64,000 nt of DNA. It comes from an uncultured Alphaproteobacteria bacterium (GTDB taxonomy: Bacteria; Pseudomonadota; Alphaproteobacteria; Rhizobiales; Xanthobacteraceae). Under the pieces are notes generated by a model. The model did no database searches. It was not told where the DNA came from and saw only the letters and a program-made list of their open reading frames with translations. Shown here piece by piece: positions 58,531 through 64,000 of the stretch. Where the stretch lies: contig CAVVEA010000012.1 of NCBI GenBank assembly GCA_963747165.1, positions 114,595 to 178,594 of the forward strand. The letters are read 5' to 3'. Every line of letters starts with the position of its first letter. The stretch's first letter is position 1. The translations under genes were made by a program, and so were the position numbers.

Positions 58531-61104
58531 GTGCCGCCGAACATCCTGACCGTTTCTCCAGACCACACCGCCGAGCTGTTGCCGGATCGTTTTCGCCGAT
58601 GGTTCGCGGCGCGCGGCTGGTCGCCCCGGCAACACCAGCTGGATTTGCTGGCGAAGGCCCGCGACGACCGCTCCGCATTGCTGATTGCCCCCACCGGCGC
58701 CGGCAAGACGTTGGCCGGCTTTCTGCCGACGCTGGTGGAGCTTTCTTCTTCCCCGACGCTTGCTCGCGGCGCCGGCAACGTCAGCTCTACCGGACGGAGC
58801 GTGCAGCGCAGCCGCGGCCTCCACACCCTCTACATCTCGCCGCTGAAGGCGCTCGCGGTCGATATCGCGCGCAATCTGGAAACGCCGGTGAACGAGATGG
58901 GTCTGCCGATCAAGGTCGAGACCCGCACCGGCGACACGCCGGTGTCGCGGCGGCAACGGCAGCGGCGCTATCCGCCGGATATCCTGCTCACCACGCCCGA
59001 GCAACTGGCGCTACTATTGTCATCCGACGACGCGCCGTTTCTGTTCTCATCACTCAAGCGCATCGTGCTCGATGAGCTGCACGCGCTGGTCACCTCCAAG
59101 CGCGGCGATCTGCTGTCGCTCGGCCTGGCGCGGCTGTGGCGGCTGGCTCCTCAGATGCGCGCCGTCGGCCTGTCGGCGACGGTGGCAGAGCCGGAATCGC
59201 TGGCGCGTTTCCTGGTGCCGCAACGCGATGGCTTGAGCGACGCCGCCGATATCGTCGTTGCCGGCGGCGCCGCGGCGCCGATCGTCGAGATGCTCGATAC
59301 CCGCGAGCGGTTGCCGTGGGCGGGCCACTCGGCGCGCCATGCGCTCAACGAGGTCTACGACCTGATCAAGCGCAACAACACCACGCTGGTGTTCGTCAAT
59401 ACCCGCAGCCAGGCCGAGATGCTGTTCCAGGACCTGTGGCGCATGAACGACGATGGATTGGCGATCGCGCTGCATCACGGCTCGCTCGATGTCGCGCAAC
59501 GCCGCAAGGTCGAGGACGCGATGGCGGCGGGCAAACTGCGTGGCGTGGTCTGTACCTCATCGCTTGATCTCGGCGTCGACTGGGGCGATGTCGATCTCGT
59601 CATCAATATCGGCGCACCCAAGGGCGCATCACGGCTGATGCAGCGCATCGGGCGCGCCAATCACCGCATCGACGAAGCCTCGCGCGCGGTGCTGGTGCCG
59701 GCCAACCGCTTCGAGGTGCTGGAATGTCGGGTGGCGATCGACGCCATCGCGGAAAATGCCCAGGACACTCCGCCGCTGCGGATCGGTGCGCTCGACGTGC
59801 TGGCGCAGCACGTGCTTGGCCGCGCCTGCGGCGAGCCCTTTCTCTCGGAAGAACTTTACGCGGAAGTGCTCACGGCTGCGCCATATTCCAATCTCACGCG
59901 AAGCGATTTCGACGACGTGGTCGATTTCGTCGCCACCGGCGGCTACGCGCTCAAAACCTACGAGCGTTTCGCGCGCATTAAACAGGACAAGCAGGGGCGC
60001 TGGCGCGTCACTAATCCGCGGGTGCGCCAAAGCTATCGCCTCAACGTCGGCACCATCGTCGAGGACACCATGCTGAAGGTGCGCCTGGTGCGCTCGCGCG
60101 GCGGCGGTTCCGGATCGACCGGCGCGCTCGGGCGCGGCGGGCGCATGCTGGGCGAGATCGAGGAAGTATTTATCGAAGGTCTCGTGATCGGCGACACCTT
60201 TGTCTTTGGCGGCGAGGTGGTGCGGTACGAAGCGCTCGCCGAGGATCAGGTTTATGTCTCCCGCGCCAACGACAGGGATGCAAAGGTGCCGTCCTACATG
60301 GGCGGCAAGTTCCCGCTGTCGACCTACCTCGCCGAGCGCGTCCGCAGACTGCTCGACGACAAGCGCGCCTGGAAGGCGTTGCCGGATCAGGTGCGCGACT
60401 GGCTGTCGCTGCAGAAGGATTTTTCGCGGGTGCCCGGCGTACGCGAATTGCTGGTGGAGACGTTCCCCCGCGCCAACAAGCATTATCTCGTCTGCTACCC
60501 GTTCGAAGGACGGCTCGCGCATCAGACGCTGGGTATGCTGCTGACGCGGCGGATGGAGCGCGCACGGGTGCGGCCGCTTGGCTTTGTCGCCAACGAATAT
60601 GCGCTCGCGGTATGGGGGCTCGGCGACATCTCGTTCATGATCCGGCAGGGCCGGCTCGACCTTGACGCGCTGTTCGATCCGGACATGCTGGGCGACGATC
60701 TCGAAGCGTGGCTTGCGGAATCCGCGCTGATGAAACGCACCTTCCGCACCTGCGCGGTCATTTCAGGCTTGATCGCGCGGCGCTTCACCGGCGAAGAGAA
60801 AAGCCGGCGCCAGGTGCTGTTCTCGACCGACCTGATCTACGATGTTTTGCGCAAGCATCAGGCCGACCACGTGCTCCTGCGCGCCGCGCGCGCCGATGCC
60901 GCCACCGGGCTGCTCGATCTGCGCCGGCTTGGTGATATGCTGCTGCGAATCCAGGGGCGAATCAGCCACAAGGAACTCGATCGGGTTTCGCCGCTGGCGG
61001 TGCCGGTGATGCTGGAAATCGGCCGCGAGTCGGTTTATGGCGAAGCATCCGACGAGTTGCTGGCGGAAGCCGCCGACGAACTGGTCAAAGAGGCGACAGG
61101 ATAG
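58531..61104 (+). CDS. lhr: Ligase-associated DEXH-box helicase (Lhr-core)
   Basis: APTGAGKT, YISPLKAL, RTGDT, LDELH, GLSAT, FVNTR, HHGSL, QRIGRANH. GTG start at 58531 inferred. Confidence 0.9.
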   Translation: MPPNILTVSPDHTAELLPDRFRRWFAARGWSPRQHQLDLLAKARDDRSALLIAPTGAGKTLAGFLPTLVELSSSPTLARGAGNVSSTGRSVQRSRGLHTLYISPLKALAVDIARNLETPVNEMGLPIKVETRTGDTPVSRRQRQRRYPPDILLTTPEQLALLLSSDDAPFLFSSLKRIVLDELHALVTSKRGDLLSLGLARLWRLAPQMRAVGLSATVAEPESLARFLVPQRDGLSDAADIVVAGGAAAPIVEMLDTRERLPWAGHSARHALNEVYDLIKRNNTTLVFVNTRSQAEMLFQDLWRMNDDGLAIALHHGSLDVAQRRKVEDAMAAGKLRGVVCTSSLDLGVDWGDVDLVINIGAPKGASRLMQRIGRANHRIDEASRAVLVPANRFEVLECRVAIDAIAENAQDTPPLRIGALDVLAQHVLGRACGEPFLSEELYAEVLTAAPYSNLTRSDFDDVVDFVATGGYALKTYERFARIKQDKQGRWRVTNPRVRQSYRLNVGTIVEDTMLKVRLVRSRGGGSGSTGALGRGGRMLGEIEEVFIEGLVIGDTFVFGGEVVRYEALAEDQVYVSRANDRDAKVPSYMGGKFPLSTYLAERVRRLLDDKRAWKALPDQVRDWLSLQKDFSRVPGVRELLVETFPRANKHYLVCYPFEGRLAHQTLGMLLTRRMERARVRPLGFVANEYALAVWGLGDISFMIRQGRLDLDALFDPDMLGDDLEAWLAESALMKRTFRTCAVISGLIARRFTGEEKSRRQVLFSTDLIYDVLRKHQADHVLLRAARADAATGLLDLRRLGDMLLRIQGRISHKELDRVSPLAVPVMLEIGRESVYGEASDELLAEAADELVKEATG

Positions 61105-61107
61105 ACC

Positions 61108-61815
61108 GTGACACGCGCGCAATCTCTGCAAGACCCACCATCCGCGCGTATGGCCACCGTTGACGTCGCGGGTGTGGCCCTGCTCGCTGATCTCTCCGGC
61201 GCGCTGTTCTGGGAAGAGCAACGACTGCTCATCGTCTCCGACCTGCATCTGGAAAAAGGCTCCAGCTTTGCCGCGCGCGGCGTGCTGCTGCCGCCTTACG
61301 ATACGGCCGCCACGCTCGGTCGCCTCGGCGCGGTGATCGCTCGGCACGATCCGCGCATGGTGATCGCGCTCGGCGACAGTTTCCACGATCGCTCCGCGCA
61401 TGACCGGCTGTCCACGACGGACCGCGAAGGGCTCGCGGCGATGCAGGCGCGACGCGACTGGATCTGGATTTCGGGCAATCACGATCCCGCGCTGCCGTCC
61501 GATCTCGGCGGCACGGTCGCCAGCGAAGTCGCGATCGGTCCGATCGCGTTTCGACACGAGCCGACCGGGGCACAAGGTGAGATCGCCGGACATCTGCATC
61601 CCAAGGCGCGCGTCTCGACACGCGGCCGTTCGATGGAGCGCCGATGTTTTGCCTGCGACGGCGAGCGCGCCGTGATGCCGGCATTCGGCGCCTATACCGG
61701 GGGCCTGAGCATTCGCGACGCGGCGTTCGCAAAGATATTCCAGACGCCGGGCTTGATGGCGCATGTGCTCGGCGACAACAAGCTGCACACCATCGCCGCG
61801 TCGCGCTGTTATTGA
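61108..61815 (+). CDS. pdeM: Ligase-associated metallophosphoesterase/endonuclease PdeM (MPE)
   Basis: SDLHLEKG, LPPYDT, LGDSFHD, GNHD, HEP, GHLHP, MPAFG.YTGGL. Confidence 0.88.
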   Translation: MTRAQSLQDPPSARMATVDVAGVALLADLSGALFWEEQRLLIVSDLHLEKGSSFAARGVLLPPYDTAATLGRLGAVIARHDPRMVIALGDSFHDRSAHDRLSTTDREGLAAMQARRDWIWISGNHDPALPSDLGGTVASEVAIGPIAFRHEPTGAQGEIAGHLHPKARVSTRGRSMERRCFACDGERAVMPAFGAYTGGLSIRDAAFAKIFQTPGLMAHVLGDNKLHTIAASRCY

Positions 61816-61828
61816 TCTTGACCGCCCC

Positions 61829-62704
61829 TTAGGCCGCCTTCGCCTGCACGGTGTTGCAGAATTCGGCGAGGCGGTCGGCGAGCCGCAGCGTCGCGGGGCT
61901 GGCGTCGGGTGATGCCATCAGCGCCACTTCCGTCTTGTCGATCGGCGCAAAGCCATCTTTTGCGGTTAGCGTGCGATGGTCCGCCTGGATCGACATCTCG
62001 GAGAGGATGCTCAAGCCCAGTCCGGCGGCGACGGCAGCCTGGATGCCGGCGAGGCCTGAACTGGCATAGGCCATGTGCCACGCGCGTCCGGCGCTTTCGA
62101 GCGCATGAATTGCGCGCGCCCGATAAAGGCAGCCGGGGGGAAAACCGATCAGGGGCACCGACCCGCTCGTTGTGTCGACCGGACGGCTCTTGCTGGTGAC
62201 CCAATGCACGCGCTCCGGCCACACTGCGATGCCGCCTTTTTCGCCTGCGTTCCGTTTGAGCAACGCCAGATCGAGTTCGCCGCGATCGAGATCGCGCCGC
62301 AAAAAGACGCTCTGGTCGGCCCGCACATCGAGCCGCAGGCCGGGGCGGGATCGCGAACAACTCGCCAGCAATTTGGCCAGACGGTAGGCCGCGAAGTCCT
62401 CGGGGATTCCGAGCCTCACTGCGCCTTCATTGCCCGGCCGGGTCAGCACGTCGCGGGCTTCTTCGGCCAGAGACAGCAACCGCCGCGCATAGGACAGCAT
62501 CCGCTCTCCGGCTTCGGTCGGCGTCACGCTCTTGCCGGTGCGTTTCAAGAGCGGCTGGCCGATATCGTCTTCCAGCCGCTTGATCTGCTGGCTGACGGTG
62601 GACTGGGTGCGGTGAACGCGTTCGCCGGCCCGGGTGAAGCCGCCGGAATCGACCACCGAGACGAAGCTGCGCAGCAATTCGAGATCGAGCATGGTCGCCG
62701 CCAT
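61829..62704 (-). CDS. LysR-family transcriptional regulator
   Basis: LDLELLRSFV.V...GGFTRA..RVHRTQSTVSQQIKRLE; divergent from the EamA gene. Confidence 0.92.
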   Translation of the reverse strand: MAATMLDLELLRSFVSVVDSGGFTRAGERVHRTQSTVSQQIKRLEDDIGQPLLKRTGKSVTPTEAGERMLSYARRLLSLAEEARDVLTRPGNEGAVRLGIPEDFAAYRLAKLLASCSRSRPGLRLDVRADQSVFLRRDLDRGELDLALLKRNAGEKGGIAVWPERVHWVTSKSRPVDTTSGSVPLIGFPPGCLYRARAIHALESAGRAWHMAYASSGLAGIQAAVAAGLGLSILSEMSIQADHRTLTAKDGFAPIDKTEVALMASPDASPATLRLADRLAEFCNTVQAKAA

Positions 62705-62716
62705 TTATAAATCCAC

Positions 62717-62733
62717 TGATATCAAGTTTATCA
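62717..62733. promoter_or_regulatory. Possible LysR operator palindrome
   Basis: TGATA-N7-TATCA in the AT-rich divergent spacer. Confidence 0.35.
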
Positions 62734-62789
62734 TTTAATTTCCTAATATCAAGGCGCGGCCCTAGATCGGGAACATAGGAGAACTTCCC

Positions 62790-63704
62790 ATGTCGCTTGC
62801 GCCACCGGTCGCGGTTTCCCGCGCCGCCTTCAATCCGCTGCCGATCTACATCTTGCTGTTCTGCCTGCTCTGGAGCTTCGCCTTCGTTGCAAGCAAGATC
62901 GGCGTCACCGATTGCCCGCCGCTGTTCCTGCTTACTGCGCGGTGCTCGCTGGCGGGAATACTGATCCTCGGAATCTCTGCACTGCGCCGGGATAGGTGGT
63001 CGCTGTCATGGCGCGATGTCCTCGTATTCGCGGCTCTCGGCGTCGCCAACAACGCGCTGTTTCTGGGCCTCGGCTATGTCGGGCTGCAGACCGTGTCTGC
63101 TGGCCTTGGCGGTCTGATCGTTAGCGCCAATCCGGTGTTCACGGCGGGCCTCGCCGCGTTGCTGCTCGGGGAGGCGCTGAACTGGCGCAAGGTCGCTGGG
63201 CTGCTGCTCGGTATCGCCGGGGTCGGCCTCATCGTCTGGCATCGCATGTCGGTCGGCACCGACAGCCTGCACGGAATCCTGTTCTTGCTGGCATCGCTGG
63301 CGTCGATCGTCGCAGGCACCATCCTGTTCAAACTGCTGGCGCCGAAGGGCAGTCTGTGGATCGGCAACGGTGTCCAGAATCTGGCCGCGGGGATTGTGCT
63401 GCTCCCGATCGCGTTCACGCTCTCTGATTTCGGCGATATCGTGCCGAGTGCGCGGCTGTTGGGTGCATTCGCGTTTCTCGTGCTGGGCGGATCGATCCTC
63501 GCCTCTCTGTTGTGGTTTCATTTGCTCAAAGTGTGCGGAGCGACGGCGGCGAGTGCTTATCATTTCCTGATGCCGCCGCTCGGCATGCTGTTCGCCTGGA
63601 TCGTGCTGGGCGAGCATGTCGAATTTCGCGATCTGTTGGGGATCGTTCCGGTGGCGCTCGGCATTTATCTGGTGACGCGTCCCGCCGCGGCGGCGGCGCA
63701 ATAA
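62790..63704 (+). CDS. DMT/EamA-family transporter
   Basis: LLWSFAFV..K, PPL.LL..R, LGEALN.RK..G, YHFLMPP.G, LGEHV. Confidence 0.9.
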   Translation: MSLAPPVAVSRAAFNPLPIYILLFCLLWSFAFVASKIGVTDCPPLFLLTARCSLAGILILGISALRRDRWSLSWRDVLVFAALGVANNALFLGLGYVGLQTVSAGLGGLIVSANPVFTAGLAALLLGEALNWRKVAGLLLGIAGVGLIVWHRMSVGTDSLHGILFLLASLASIVAGTILFKLLAPKGSLWIGNGVQNLAAGIVLLPIAFTLSDFGDIVPSARLLGAFAFLVLGGSILASLLWFHLLKVCGATAASAYHFLMPPLGMLFAWIVLGEHVEFRDLLGIVPVALGIYLVTRPAAAAAQ

Positions 63705-63719
63705 AGCGGCGAGGTCCAC

Positions 63720-64000
63720 ATGAATTCGCTTCGTATCACGCTCATCGGTGGCCCCACGGCGCTCATCGAAGTCGACGGATTCCGGCTGCTCACCGATCCG
63801 ACCTTCGATGCGCCCGGGTCCTATCAATTGCCGCATGTGAAGCTCGAGAAATTATCCGGTCCCGCGCTTGGACCCGAGACGATCGGCGAAGTCGATGCCG
63901 TGCTGCTCAGCCACGACCAACACGCCGACAATCTCGATCATTCGGGCAAGGCGTTTCTCGCCAAAGCCAGGCGCGTATTGACGACAGTCGCGGGCGCGAA
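63720..64000 (+). CDS. MBL-fold metallo-hydrolase, 5' part; truncated by the window edge
   Basis: Not in the ORF track. MNSLRITLIGGPTALIEVDGFRLLTDPTFD...VLLSHDQHADNLD (HxHxDH-like). Confidence 0.85.
   Translation, partial: MNSLRITLIGGPTALIEVDGFRLLTDPTFDAPGSYQLPHVKLEKLSGPALGPETIGEVDAVLLSHDQHADNLDHSGKAFLAKARRVLTTVAGA

Overview
GC-rich alphaproteobacterial chromosome segment whose gene content and repeats point to Bradyrhizobium or a close relative. It is mostly core genes: boxC (3' end)-boxB, phoR-pstSCAB-phoU-phoB with a PHO box, gcrA/argD-argF-hslO, apaG, opgC plus two SGNH proteins, metZ under a SAM-II riboswitch, dcd, tRNA-Gly(CCC), lysS (class I), pyrD, and a split exonuclease-ligase / Lhr-PdeM DNA-damage cluster. 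The main signals are missing from the ORF track. (1) An intact-looking circularly permuted (two-piece) tmRNA gene at about 37025-37400 has an atypical 14-residue tag (ANDNVALNEVRLAA). It sits with rpiB in an AT-richer islet just 3' of tRNA-Gly and is probably an extra, foreign ssrA. (2) A roughly 600-nt, heavily base-paired non-coding element lies at about 19250-19840. (3) An ECF sigma factor with no adjacent anti-sigma has the same GGGAACC-N16-ATCCAA promoter in front of its own gene and in front of a DUF4142-cupredoxin pair. (4) Many CGTC-type REP/REPIN palindromes and heptamer-array inverted repeats occupy intergenic regions. Two genes carry single-base frameshifts. No CRISPR array, integrase, transposase or rRNA was seen. 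Family names come from motif recognition, not database searches.
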